Assembly: GCF_018350175.1 (NCBI RefSeq) | Contig: NC_058368.1 | Location: forward strand, 198,836,001 to 198,900,000 | Reading direction: 5' to 3' | Length of the DNA: 64,000 nucleotides | Source of the DNA: Felis catus | Taxonomy: Eukaryota | In this document: positions 12,866-26,035 of the stretch, piece by piece | Layout: every line of letters begins with the position of its first letter | How positions within the stretch are numbered: position 1 is the first letter of the stretch | Notes under the pieces: model-generated | The model's input: the letters and a program-made list of their open reading frames with translations, nothing else | What the model was told of the DNA's origin: nothing | The model's database searches: none | Position numbers and translations under genes: made by a program

Positions 12866-13694
12866 GCTGCTGCCCAGTTTTTAAGCCATTAGTCTCATCC
12901 TGAGTTTGCTGCTACAAAATAAGCTTCATAGGTATTTGGACTTTTTCCTTAATCAACTATTTGATTCTTAGAGCTAATTGGAAAAGAGGACTAATTAAGA
13001 GCAAGTTAATTGTACAAACATTCCTAAGGCATCTACGATAGGAAAAGAACTCTTCTAGACTCCTGTGTAAATAACGATCATCCTTGCCCGCAGAACATTT
13101 CCTGTCTTCTACCAGGAAGCTTAAAATTGTGAGATTGCCCTGTGCACTTTTGGCCGTGAACATAAAGTAACTAAAACTTTTTTTCTCACTGGGAATGATT
13201 TTTGTGTCCATGGTTTCAAGAGGGTTCCTCTACCTCGGAGCACACTGAGAAAATTATTTTCATGCTAGGGTAAAGGCAGGGACTAGAGGATGCTTACTTT
13301 TCAATGGCCAAAATAGATTATTTTTCATTATTTTTTCTCAAAGTTCTGTTTGTACACCTGTCTTCTGTTTTGTTTAGCTTAGTCTTTCAGGTGTTTTTGT
13401 TTGTTTGTTTACAATTCTTTACTCCACACTTTCTGCCATTTGAGTCATACATACCTACCCCAGTTTTGACAGTCCTGTAAGACCTCCTCAGTCAATTTTG
13501 CTTCCTTCACCATCTTTTGCCTTATTTATATCATTGTCCTGACCGCTCTTCAGTTTTAGAGTGAGTTTTTTTTTTCTTTTGATCTTCCTGTGTTTTCCTC
13601 CATTATCTATACTCATTATCACTTTTACATATGCTTTCTAGAAATAGCCATGTTGGCTGGCAGTGTATCTTGCCATAGTAACGTGAAACTTTTA

Positions 13695-13917
13695 TTTTTA
13701 AAAAAAAATTTTTAATGTTTATTTTTTGAGAGAGAGAGACAGTGCGGGGGATGGGGGGGGGAAGGGGCAGAGAGCAAGGGAGACACAGAATCCGAAGCAG
13801 GCTCCAGGCTCTGAGCTGTGAGCATGAAGCCCGACGCGGGGCTCGAACTCACAAACCGTGAGATCGTGACCTGAGCCGAAGTCGGACGCTTAACTGACTG
13901 AACCACCCATGCGCCCC
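13695..13917 (-). mobile_element. CAN-SINE (feliform type)
   Basis: CpG-retaining body; TSD taacgtgaaactttta / taacacgaaaatttta. Confidence 0.96.
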
Positions 13918-16900
13918 TAACACGAAAATTTTAGTGGACGGTGCCTGGGATGCATCCTATTTCTCTGGCTAATATCCAAAAAGACAGTGTCTTGATTATG
14001 CTTATTAATAATTGGAGCCATTTCATTTTATTTCTGTTGGCTGTAGATGTACTAGCGTGTTTCTGGCTTCCTCCAGTTGGCTTTGTAAATGTGGTGTAAA
14101 TGTGGTAAGTGCCAACAGGAACAAGTCACATGTTTATGTTTTAGCAGACTGGAATAGTTGTGGCCTGGTAGCCCTGCCATTCCTTGTAGCTGTCCAGACC
14201 AGAGGTGCTACTTCCTGAAAGTAGAGAATTCAAAGAATCCAACCCTAACGCGCTTTTGGGTTTTGCTGTTAAGGAGATCTGGGGTTACGGATCGCTAAAA
14301 AAAATAGCAAAGTATCCTGGTTTTGTTTAGAAACTATGAGATGGATCCTCACGTTGGCAGCAGTACCATCTAAGGTTATATGATTCGGAGTTCAAACACC
14401 TTTTTTCTGCCTACCAGGTCTTAAAATGAAAACAATCTCAATGTAGCCTTGAACTAAGTTTATAACAAGTTTTAAAACAGTAAAATGTTTATAAAACACT
14501 AGCCAAACTATAAAGATATTTGGCCATCAAATGTATTGAGATTGCATGTATACATTTCTCATCCCTCCCATAAATCTTTGTTTTCTCCTGCTTTCAAATC
14601 CTTGTCTTCTATGTATAGGAACTCAATTCTAATTTTTGCAAAAAGTAAACCCAAAGCCCACAAAAATGAAGACCCAACTCATTGTACTTATCATTAGGTT
14701 AGTTGCCTGATTTTTACTTAAGCCATTCTGATTTCTTGTTCCTAGCTCAGTGGACTAGTGTATATTTTTGTGGCCAATTAGCATACATATTTCAGAGAGT
14801 GTTAGGATTAACTGATGATAAGCAATGTGTGTGGGGGTTGGAGGAGGTCTTTGCTTCCCCATTCTGTCTGGGGAGGTCATAAAATGCACTGTAGTCAAGT
14901 CATAAAATGCACTTCAACAATCATCACTTCAAGAAACCCCTTCAACTGAAAGCTTGATGAAATTTACATCTGATGAATGTGCATTTGAGCTCCTACTAAA
15001 TACATATGCATGAATTTCATTTGTTTAATAGCCCCTTCATTGCCTAATTGTCTTTAAGGTTCCTCTCCGGTCATGAAACATTTCCCTGAAGTCCCTATGA
15101 GCGGGGAGAGGCTTTTTGCATTGATGGAATTTCAGAACTAAAGAGCCATAGAGGGGATTTTTTTTTTTAAAAAGTCTGTAACTTCCAAAGCTATCATGTG
15201 TCCAAGTATTAATTAGACCTGACCTAGATTACTCTGCCATGTCCAGATGACAAGGTCTATGTGTGATATCCACAGCCTCAAGCCACTCAAGGGTGAGCAC
15301 CGTTGTTTGTAGGCCTGTCTGCCCCCACGATCCATTGGCCTCTTCTCTTTTTTTCAAAGCAGTGGTTACCACCACTAGCACTAACCAGTCTCCTACTGAA
15401 ACCCTTCCAAAGAATAATAGAGGTAACTGGAATGTTTTAAATGACAAGGACATCTTTGTATCCAAGAGTATAAGTTAGAAAGTGTAGATCTAATAAATTC
15501 TGCAGCAGTTTGCATGTGAATAGCTAAAGGGAATTTTAAGATATTTTACATACAATTGTTGAATATGTTAAATCAGTACTAATCAAACTGTGGTGAAGGA
15601 CCGACTCCTGCTCTCACCCCCAATCCAATATGGACCAGTACTTTTCATCTATATGTTCAATGAGGTAAGACCACAGATCACATATTTGGAGGTCATAGCT
15701 ATGTTAAATTCCTTCAGATAGTTCTCAGTATTCTCAGTTTTGGCACTTAGTTCATTTGTGGACTGTTCTTGCCCCTCAGATCACACTTTGAATAGCATTT
15801 TTCCAAACTATAGCAAAGGATAAGGAAATGAGATCAATAGAAGTGAAATAAAAGAATAATAAATATGGTGAATACAGTTATGAGACTGGTAAAATGTTAA
15901 GTAAAACCAAAGATTGTTCTGGATGTATTTTGATCCCTGATAGTTTGCCAAGCACTCTGAAGGTAACAGGGTTAAAACGATCCATTCTTTTTTGCTGTTC
16001 CCACATTCTATAAGTGAATAGACAAGGTAGGAGTGCCCTCTCAGTTCACCCGAAGGGAATGAATTCAGCCTTGCTCAGAGTATAGTTTCCAAGATACATT
16101 TGTTCTATAGTTTCAATTAAGTGGTTTCTCAAATTTCATGATGGTTTTTTATTAAAATCTGTGTATACATACACTCAGACATTAGCCAAAGCAATAATAT
16201 CTGAACCATAAAACAGCCTCACTGAGGATTCATAAATACGACCTCTCCCACCCAATCATTTTCAAATCATGTTTGTCCCTTTAGCAACTTTGCAGATGAT
16301 GTTTTTCAACTCCCATTACACCCTAAAAATTTGCTTGGATGAGTGAAATCAGTTGCAGTCCTCTTTGCCAGAACATGGTGCCACACCCTTGGCAGGTAGG
16401 CAATGTTGTCTTCATGTGTTTGCAGAATTACTGAGCATTAGCACTTTGTCCTCCAGAGACCACCCAGCCCTACCCCCTCAGCTTACAGTGCAGTAATGCC
16501 ACAGACAGACCAACTCTAGAGGGGAAATGGCAATGTCAGAGCTCCCCCCAACTTCACGCATGCAGGGCCCCTGCAAAAACAATGGTGGTCTTACAGTCCC
16601 TCCCAGGGAAATGGGGGTGTGAGTGGTGTTGATGGAAGGGTGGACACCGTGGTGGTTCTTTCTTTTGCACTTTTCTCCTCAAAAAAAAAAAAAAAAGGAA
16701 AAAAAAATCAAAATCAAATAGACCACTTTAAGTTACAGCTCCTGGATCTTTTCCGAAGAAAGTCAACACCACTGTGGTGGCCCCAAAACTATCCTACTCC
16801 TCCACCCCTCTGAGAGTCTCCAGATCTCTAAGATTAGATGAGCCCAAGAATAGTCTTACCCCACCCAGTCACTCTATCAGCAGCCATCTGTGGGCTGAGA

Positions 16901-18797
16901 CTCGGCTCCCATTCTCGAGTATTACGGTGTCCTTAGAGGCCTCACAGACCTCTCGTGGGTTTGGTCACACGAACACAGTGCGCCAGGTCCGCTCACTGAG
17001 GCTAATGGTACAAGAGTGTTCCAAGGGCCTGCAGTGCCCTTCACTCCTTGGGTTGGCCAATTTCCAGAGTTCTTCCTGGAAGGCCTCCTGATTCCTCCTG
17101 AGATGGGACTCTTCCCAAAGACTAGGGGACTCAGCCCCTTGGTTCCCATAGCCCCCTGGCAAAGGGATAAATACTGACAGTGTGGGGATTACTATCCCCA
17201 CATAGACCACTCGGTCATCTTGTCATCTGTGTGATTAATCTCCACAGCCCCCACTCTACTGCATTAAACTGTAGCACGTGTTTAATAAATCTTTGTTCGA
17301 CAGTGAACGATTGACCAGGGTGATTGACCTTTTCTGAAGTGTTGTTGCCCTTTGAGACAGAAGAAAACTCCCCTGTTAAGTGGTACCCAAAAATCCTTAG
17401 ATACTTTGCAGAACTCCTAGTTCGACATGATTAGGATCCTATGTGACAACTATAATCCGTGATTAGGAACTTTTTGAGCTAAAATTGTGGCCACTCAGAT
17501 CCAGTGTTTACCATATACCTATTAATATTTATGATAGCCTTTGTAAAAGCTTCTAAATATGGAGAAAAGATACCTTCCCCTTGCTTTTAGCTGGAATTAG
17601 AGATATTTTCTCATGGAAAAACTTTCGACCTGAAGCAGCAATATGTGTCACATTTAAATATATCCAGATTCATCTCATTGTCAGTGTCCGTCCAGAGTGC
17701 ATTTAATTCTTGCCCAACCATCCCTACAATAAGTCAAACAAGCCCTCGGTCCCCATAGCATAGAATGTTCAAGAAAATTGTGTAAAGATTAAAGTGTACC
17801 ATTGAATGCATTCCAATTGCATTAGGAGTTCTCCCTTGTTCGATGAGCCTCCATTGTTTAAGTAGCCACAGTGGCACTGTGTATTCGCTACACAAACACC
17901 CGGCAGAAAACATGAGCTTTTCTCTTTCCTTCTTCTCTTTTAATTGGAAGACATTTCTCATGAAATGCAATTCTTTGATTTGTTCTTTTGACAGGAGAAA
18001 GACAGCATGGTTATTTCTTCCTCGATAAATTAAGTCTTATTGTCAAACCTAACTACTGAGAAAAAGAAACGCACTGTGTGAAATCCTAACTTTTAGACGC
18101 ACCATATTTGCTTACATAATCTCCTTTATTTTCTTCAGATACTTGCACATGCAGATAATGAAGATTTATAGGTCATCGGTAGTCTCTTTGCTTTTCCCAT
18201 ATTTTCAAGAAAGGTAACCGTCCACTCATTCAGAGTCAGAAATAAAACAGCACAATTACTTTGAATCCAGATTTGTTAACATGCCCAATTGTTCAACCGC
18301 TCCTATTTTCCTAATTTAATGAAAGGTTTTGATGAGATTTGCATATAATTGAAAGGTGATATTTGCGCATGGCATTTTCCTCCCTCTACATATTGGGCTT
18401 AAGAAGGAGGAGCTTCTCAAAGCATTAAATGTACGAGAGCCACAATTGTTCAGAGACAAACGAAGCAGAGGCTAACAGGAGTGCTGTGGGGACTCAAGAG
18501 TAGGTGGTGTTTCTTTAGTGTATCAGTGGCTCAAATAAGTATACATACCTGTGTTTTCAAAGGTTTGTAGCTTAGCAATATAGTGAATATTGCTCATCAC
18601 CTCATGGCGGTCAATTTTTAAAGTCCGCGTGTAAGGAGAAAATCCTAGAGGGTCAAAATTTCCTCTGAAAATCTTTTAGGATTTTCATACAGTTGTTTTA
18701 TATCCAACAGAGGCATTTCCCTGTTTCTTCCGTTATGCACGAGGCGTGGTAGTTCGTTTGCATTCTAGGGTCAGGTTGAATAAAAAATATTCAGCTT

Positions 18798-18994
18798 GTT
18801 TTTTAAATGTTTATTTTTGAGAGAGAGAACATGAACAGCTGAGGGACGGGGGGGGGGGGGGAGAAAGAGAACCCCAAGCAGGCTCCGTGCTCAGTGTGGA
18901 GCCCAACCCAGGACTCAATCTGTGACTGTGAGATCATGACCTGAGCCAAAATCAAGAGTCAGACCCTTAACCGACTGAGCCACCCGTGTGTCCT
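18798..18994 (-). mobile_element. CAN-SINE with internal G14 run
   Basis: Reverse-complement SINE; degenerate TSD aaatattcagctt / aaatacccagctt. Confidence 0.93.
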
Positions 18995-19575
18995 AGAAAT
19001 ACCCAGCTTTAAATATTAGAATCACACACAGAAATGGAGATGCTCACTCTAAGAACTCCTGGAGAATTGAGACTTGTTGAGGGGATTCATGTCTTCCTTC
19101 TCCAGTGCCATAAATGCGTCACATGAAATGATTGTCAGGCACTATTTTTATCTGTTCTTTCTCAAGTTGAATGTTTGTCATACAGTCCAATCCTGCTAAT
19201 TGCTCCCTGGCTCATTAGTAGGACACTCCTAGAACTAGATGTCAAACAAATAGACTAAATACTTTTAACTACCTTTTTAGTTTAAAATTTTCAAACCAAG
19301 ACTAAGTGGAAATCACAAGAGGATCAGTAACTAAACGTAAGAAAACTTTGTGGTACATACATTTTCATGAATGACATAGGATCTGTATTTTTTGGCCTAT
19401 GCCAGGGACTGAATTGTGTCCCTGTGTCCCCTCAAAGTTCATATGTTGAAGCCCTCACCCCTAATGTGACTCTATTTGGCAACAGGGCTTTTATGAGGTA
19501 ATTAAAATTAAGTGAGGTAGGAAGGGTAGGGTGCTAATCCAGTAGAATTGGTGGACTTTTAAGAAGAGGAAGTGG

Positions 19576-19803
19576 GGGGCGCCTGGGTGGCTCAGTCGGT
19601 TGAGCATCCGACTTCGGCTCAGGTCATGATCTCACAGTCTGTGGGTTCGAGCCCCACGTCAGGCTCTGTGCTGACAGCTCAGAGTTTGGAGCCTGTTTCC
19701 AATCCTGTGTCTCCCTCTCTCTCTGCCCCTCCCCCAGTCTTACTTTGTCTCACTCTGTCTCTCAAAAATAAATAAATATAAAAAAACTTAAAAAAAAAGA
19801 AAA
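19576..19803 (+). mobile_element. CAN-SINE (feliform type), younger of tandem pair
   Basis: Full head to tail; TSD agaagaggaagtgg on both sides. Confidence 0.96.
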
Positions 19804-19816
19804 CAGAAGAGGAAGT

Positions 19817-20043
19817 GGGGCACCTGGGTGGCTCAGTCATTTGAGTGTCCAACTCTCAGTTTCGGTTCGTGCCATGATCTCATGGTTGTGAATTCGAGCC
19901 ACACATCAGGCTCTGTGCTGGCAGTGCGGAGCCTGCTTGGGATTCTCTCTGTCACTCTCTCTCTGCCCCTGTCTTCCTCATGCTTGCTCGCTCGCTCGCT
20001 CTCTCTCAAAATAAATAAACTTTAAAAAATCATTTTTAAAAAA
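19817..20043 (+). mobile_element. CAN-SINE, older of tandem pair
   Basis: Full head to tail; followed by degenerate TSD aagaggaggaa. Confidence 0.95.
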
Positions 20044-20291
20044 TGTAAGAGGAGGAAAAGCAGTCATCTCCCTCCAGTTCCCCTCCCCACAGTCCTGTGT
20101 GACACAGCAAGAAGGTAGCCACCTACAAGACCGGAAGAAAGCCTTCACCAGAAACTGACCACGGTGGCACCCTGATTTTGGACTTTCCATCTTCCAGAAC
20201 TGTGAGAAATAAGTTTGTGTTTAAGCCACTTAGTCTGTGGTAACTTGTGATGATAGCCCAAGCAGACCAAACTGGCTTATAAGCTTGAAAT

Positions 20292-20483
20292 TTATTTTGT
20301 TTTTTTTGTTTTTAGAGAGAGTGTATGAGCAAGGGAGAGGGGCAGAGGGAGACAGAGAATCTCAAGCAGGCTCCACACCCAGTGCGGAGCCCGGTGCGGG
20401 GATTGATCCCATAACCCTGGGATCATAATCTGAGCCAAAATTAAGAGTTGGACACTCAACCGACTGAGCCACCCAGGCACCCC
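20292..20483 (-). mobile_element. CAN-SINE
   Basis: Reverse-complement SINE; TSD cttgaaattt. Confidence 0.94.
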
Positions 20484-20968
20484 TAGACTTGAAATTTTAA
20501 AAGCTTTCAGGTCACCATCTTCTTCCAATAAGAGAATTATTCTGTCTTTGCTGCTCCAGTGTGACATTTAAAGGACATGTGCTTCTCCATCGCTCAGCCG
20601 GATTTGCTCTAGTGAATACACTCCTCAAGATTTTATTTTTTACTCCCTGTTTGATATTTATATTTTATGAATTTTGAACTATTTTGAACATGAATATTTA
20701 TTTGAAATTAATATTTAAATACTTGGTTTTAACATGTTTTCATGATTATTTCAAGTTAAGGGGAAAAAATAAAAACTTAAGGCCCCTGGGTTTCTTGGGG
20801 TTTTTTTTGCTTTTTTTTTGTTTTTCTTGGGGATGGTGAGGACATGATTCAAGCAAAAATAATCTGATAGCCATATCCAAATGCCTACTTAAAATATCAT
20901 TGGTAGGCTGAAATTTTCCACCTCCAAAGGCATCTTTGAAGAATTATGCATAAAAATGAAAAGCTTGA

Positions 20969-21197
20969 GGGGCACCTGGGTGGCTCAGTCAGTTGAGCAT
21001 CTGATTTCAGCTCAGGTCATGATCTCATGGTTCATGGGTTCGAGCCCCACATCGGGCTCTGTGCTGACAGCTTGCTCAGAGCCTGCAGCCTGCTTCAGGC
21101 TGTGTCTCCTTCTCTCTCTCTCTGCCCCTCCCCCACTCATGCTCTTTCTCTGTCTCTCAAAAATAAATGTTAAAAAATTTTTATTTAATAAATAAAT
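20969..21197 (+). mobile_element. CAN-SINE (feliform type)
   Basis: Full element; TSD aatgaaaagcttg. Confidence 0.96.
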
Positions 21198-21316
21198 AAT
21201 GAAAAGCTTGTCTTAAGTAACTCACATATTCTGTCATTTGTAACCAGCAGCCCTGAATGAATTATGTTTGGTGCCCATGACCTTGGTTTCCTTCACTGCC
21301 TCTCTCAACTTTCCAT

Positions 21317-21530
21317 CTTTTTTGTTTGTTTAAATGTTCATTTATTTATTTTGAGAGAGAGAACGAGCTGGGGAAGGGCAGAGGGAGAGGGAGAGAGAGA
21401 ATCCCAAGCAGACTCCATCTACCTGTCAGCACAGAGCCTGATGTGGGACTCTATCTCACAAACCATGAGATCGTGACCTGAGTTGAAATCAAGAGTCAGG
21501 CTCTTAACTGATGAGCCACCCAGGTGCCCC
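21317..21530 (-). mobile_element. CAN-SINE
   Basis: Reverse-complement SINE ending caggtgcccc; degenerate TSD tccatctt/tccacctt. Confidence 0.94.
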
Positions 21531-22887
21531 TCCACCTTGTTTTTGTGAAAAATTTAAAAAATGTTTAATCTTTAGGAATATTCCTGTCTTAAAGAGCACC
21601 TAAACCTGTCCCAACTGTAGATTTTCTATATCCTATATTTTGTTGAAAATGAAGATAAATTCTGGGAAGTACTTTGTGATTCCAGTGCACCTAATTCAGG
21701 GCCTTGCTCATAGAAAGTATTCATAGAAGGTTGTTTCCTAAAGGTTTAAATTAATCTATGTTTTAAAATTGATTCTACTTAGAATTTTTGGTTTTTTAAC
21801 AGTTTACAACACTGCCTATGCCCTTTGCCCAATTTCCGACAGATTGTCTAGTTCATTTAGAATATCTAGAAAGGGAGACTTAAAAAAATTTTTTTCCCTC
21901 AGCAACATTTTATAATTTTCCTACACTTCAAAGGAAGGGGATATGCAAAATGAGTTTCAGAAAGTGTCATTATGTAGGTTTGCAAGTGAAAAGAATAATT
22001 GTCAGGCAGTAAAATTTTGCATTAGCACTTCATGTTGGCACCTATCTGCTTGTTGTTTGGTTCCCTTTTAAGATCCATGGTTATATTCGATTTTCTTTAG
22101 TTCTTTCTTCTGTGGTTATTGGGTTGGATGGTTTTGGTTCTGTTCAACAATGGATGCTTTGAGTAATAAACTTCAATGCATAATTATCCAGTGAAATCAT
22201 AGCAAAGTGATGAGATGACAAAAAGCCAACTGATTTCCAGGAACTAAAAATAATGCTATAATATAGGCATTAATTCGTACATGAATATTCTAGCATCTGG
22301 CTTTATCCTGATCATTATACATGTTTATATAAACTATAATTTAGAGTTGGGAATCTTTGAAATATTCCTTTTTTCATTTACTTAGTGCTTTTAAGCACTA
22401 AATTTGAGATTTTAATGAAATCTATAAGCTGCTGATTTCTTTTATATTAAATAAGATACTGATAGCAGTTCACTTAAAAATCATTTGATCCTTTGTCACT
22501 TTAGCTAAGATACTTTACAGTAGCAGTTAATTACAATAACAGTTTTAAATTATGTTAACCTGATTTTCATGCCATCAAGGCTCACTCTGACAGTGAGTTA
22601 ACTTCTATAGAATCATTCTTCTTCTGATTTAATATTTTACATTCAGCAAAGAATTTTGGTAGTTGAAAATGATGGTCATTCTAACTGTTCAGGAAATGTG
22701 AAGTGAGTGTAGTGAGTTTTCTCTTAGTGAGTGTAGTCATTCTGACAGTCTTAGGGAGATCAGTAATTTTGGAGGAAACTTCTGTTTTATCTCATGTGAG
22801 GAAGGGATGGAAGGTGGGTTGAATATTTATAACGGGCCAATGCTTTTAAAACGAACGTATGGGGTACAAGTAACGCCTTCCTATAGA

Positions 22888-23210
22888 CAGTCGACCCTTA
22901 AACACCCTGGGGGTTAGTAGTACCAACTCCCATGTAGTCAAGAAACTGCCTATAACTTTTGACCCCACCTACCCCCCCCCCCCGCAAAAGTTAACCTACT
23001 GTTGACCAGAAGCCTTACCAATAACATGAACAGTTGATTAGCACACACATGTATTATATACTGCTTCTTGCAATGAAGTAAGCTAGAGAAAAAATGTTAA
23101 GAAAATCCTAAGAAGAAATACATTTATAGTACTTCGCTGTCTTTATCAAAAATAATCCGTGTGTAAGTGGACCTATGCGGTTAATACCTGTGTTGTTCAA
23201 GAGTCAACAG
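22888..23210. mobile_element. Tigger2a/MER28-like non-autonomous TcMar DNA transposon
   Basis: Terminal inverted repeats cagtcgacccttaaaca ... tgttgttcaagagtcaacag; internal cctactgttgaccagaagccttaccaataaca matches recalled Tigger2 consensus. Confidence 0.85.
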
Positions 23211-23427
23211 TGTATTGAAGTAGAAATTTAAAATAAAACTCATTCCTAAAGGAGAGCCACTGAGCTCTTTGTGTGTGTCATTTGGTGACTTGAAGGATCC
23301 GTATGTGTTTGTGTTTTTCTCGTGGTGCTGGCAGTGAGTTACGTAGACTGAGTGCAGCCACTGCTGCCTGGTTCTTCCTGTGTTGTAAATGTTCTGTATA
23401 CTCAAATCAGCCTATGGAGTAAGCACT

Positions 23428-23624
23428 GTGTATGTGTGTGTATATGTATATATGGATATATATGTATATATATATATCTATACATATATGGATACACAGT
23501 GTGTATATATGTATACATATCCATATCCATCCATACACACACATACATACACATATGTGTGTGTATATATATGCATATATGTATATGTATGGATGGATAT
23601 GGATATGTATACATATATATATAT
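23428..23624. repeat. Complex (TA/TG/CA) microsatellite containing a 34-bp perfect inverted repeat
   Basis: Arms 23504-23537 and 23586-23619 are exact reverse complements. Confidence 0.93.
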
Positions 23625-25870
23625 CCTAAGCAAAACTGTGAGGATTTGGAGTTGAATATGACACATTCATACTTAGATGCAAATTGGTTTCAGCACCAAG
23701 AGAAAGCATCAACAGTCCGGGCATTTGGAATAACTCCCTGTGTCTGCTTTTTTTTTTTTTTTTTTCTTATAATATTAACCTTAAGAGGGCATTATAAATA
23801 AGAGACAAATAAAATTAAATTCAAAAGAATATTATGTGGGCAGGCCCTTTAAATATTGTAAATTCTATTGTATGAAAGAAGTAATTAGTTTAGAATTTAG
23901 ATTCATTGTAATTAAATTAACATAATTCAAGAAAGACACATAATTCAAGAAAATCATCATGTGTTTTTCCCATAATGCCTTATTAATTACATATTTTTGA
24001 AAGGAATGGTTTCTCATATTCCAGAATCTGCCAAAGTGTTCACAAATGCATTGTAAAGTATTCTTTGTAATGCAGTTACAAATCAGAGGTCATGATAGAC
24101 CCCTCTACACACCCTTCCCCCCCTTTACCATGGGGTAAAAAGCTCACAACTTTGCCAAGTAACAGAAGACCATTTACGTGGATTGACGTTTACAGTTTAA
24201 AACAATGTTGGATAAGTCTGAAGATACTTACACATTATTAGGCCTGTTTTATTGGTTATTTTTTTTATAGACTCCAGACTTTATTTATGCATGTTAAGTA
24301 ATGAGATGCCCCCCCACCCCCCACAGGAACACTTAGCATAAAGGCTTGAACATTTTTTCCCTTGGAACAGTGCATTTTCCCCACAACATACCTAACATTG
24401 GACACTAAATTCCTTCAGACCTCTTCAATATTTTATGCCTTGTTGTTTGGAAGGTACCCACCTTTGCTGTGAGTCTTCAGTCAGTTTTTGAGTACATTTT
24501 TTCTGAGGAATACTTCCACAGAGTCAACAGCTACCACTCTGGTCTCTCGATAGTGACTGACCTTTGAAAAGTTTAATGAACTATCAGGATGCATTTCTCT
24601 TTGGCCCCGGTGAAACACTTTTTAAGTTGCTTCTTTGCAGCCGTGTGTTCTGTGTCATTTGAAGATATTCCTACTACATTCTTTGAGTAGCCGACCTCCT
24701 TAAACAGCCCAGTTCTCATTCTGGGCTTTGCACTCCACTGAAAAGTCCAGAGTTTGAAAAACCCTCAGATAAATGAATTGACAATAACTTAAAAGTTTAT
24801 CAGTGGTCTTAATTTCTCCCTGTTGAGTCTGTATTTTTGATGATGAAGTATAACCAAATATCTTTGGGGTTACTTTTGAAACAACCCTCAGAGCAGAGAG
24901 CATGTTCTTGTAAGGGAGGCTAGTAAGGGAAGCAGCTACGAGTGGAAGAGTCTTGTTAAGACAGGTATTACCTGGCACCAAAGTGGTCTGATGGTTGGCC
25001 TCTTCGCGAGCAGAGTAACCTTTTTAGGAAATAGGAACGTCCGCCTCCATGGATCTTTTGTTCATAGTCTGGAGTATTTACAAATGACCGCTCCTACATT
25101 GGACCCAGTTAACACTGAATTTTATTAGTTCATTCAGTTTCATCTCATAAGTGTTGCAATTATATACCTCCAAGATCTATTAGAACTTACTACCTTTCAA
25201 CAAAGATGTCAACTGAAAATGTAATGTTTTGACCTCAGGAAGATGATTTCTACAAGACTCGTTCTTTCACTGTGGTTTAATTCGGTGGTGAGGATCACCT
25301 TCTCAAAGTTAGTTTGTGTATGTTGTCATTGTTTCAAGGAATTTATCACAAAACCTTTAATATATTTAATGATATGCATCAATAACTTTTGCCACATCTA
25401 TACCACCCTGATTTCTTACTTTGCAGTTGAGTGTCTGCCCAGGGACTGTGTGAGATGTTCATTTAATCCTCATACCCACAAAGTGGTCTGTGTGCAAGTG
25501 ATACAGTTGCCAGGATACGTAATTGCTGGTAGATATCAGAAAGCTAATATATTAAAAGTCAAACTGCACAGTGTAGAAATGCAAATCTGATTCCAGATCT
25601 CTTTCTCATACCTAGCATCACACTCTTCGTTTTACCACATTGTATATGGTGCTGAAGTTTTTAGCTGACATTAAGCTTAGTTAAATACAAGGCTAAATAA
25701 TTATGGCTTTAAAGCCCCACATACAATATATTGTAGTTTATTTAAAAGTAAATATATATATTTAACCCAAACACTGTTCTAACTTCTGGGTTTTTTCTTT
25801 TTCATTTTGGCTGTCTTGTGAATAAGATCTTAAATGACCACTAGAGAAGAATCAAGAAAAAAATAGTATT

Positions 25871-25995
25871 AGATTTGAAGAGATATATTGACCCCCTATG
25901 TTTACTGCAGCATTATTTACACTAGCCAAGTTATGGAAGCAACCCTGGTGTCCCTTGATAGATGAATAGATAAAGCAGATGAGGGGTGTGTGTGT

Positions 25996-26035
<40 letters not shown>

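Larger units (their letters stand above)
19400..20273 (+). mobile_element. MLT1A-like solo LTR (ERVL-MaLR) split by two SINEs
   Basis: 5' tgcc..ggactgaattgtgtccc..ttcatatgttgaagccct and 3' ttggactt..ccagaactgtgagaaataa..tttaagccac..gtctgtgg match recalled MLT1 consensus. Confidence 0.85.

Noticed and set aside
23352..23801. Longest ORF (149 aa) and five overlapping ORFs
   Set aside because: Artefacts of the stop-free TA/TG/CA microsatellite; low-complexity Y/I/C/V/H peptides.
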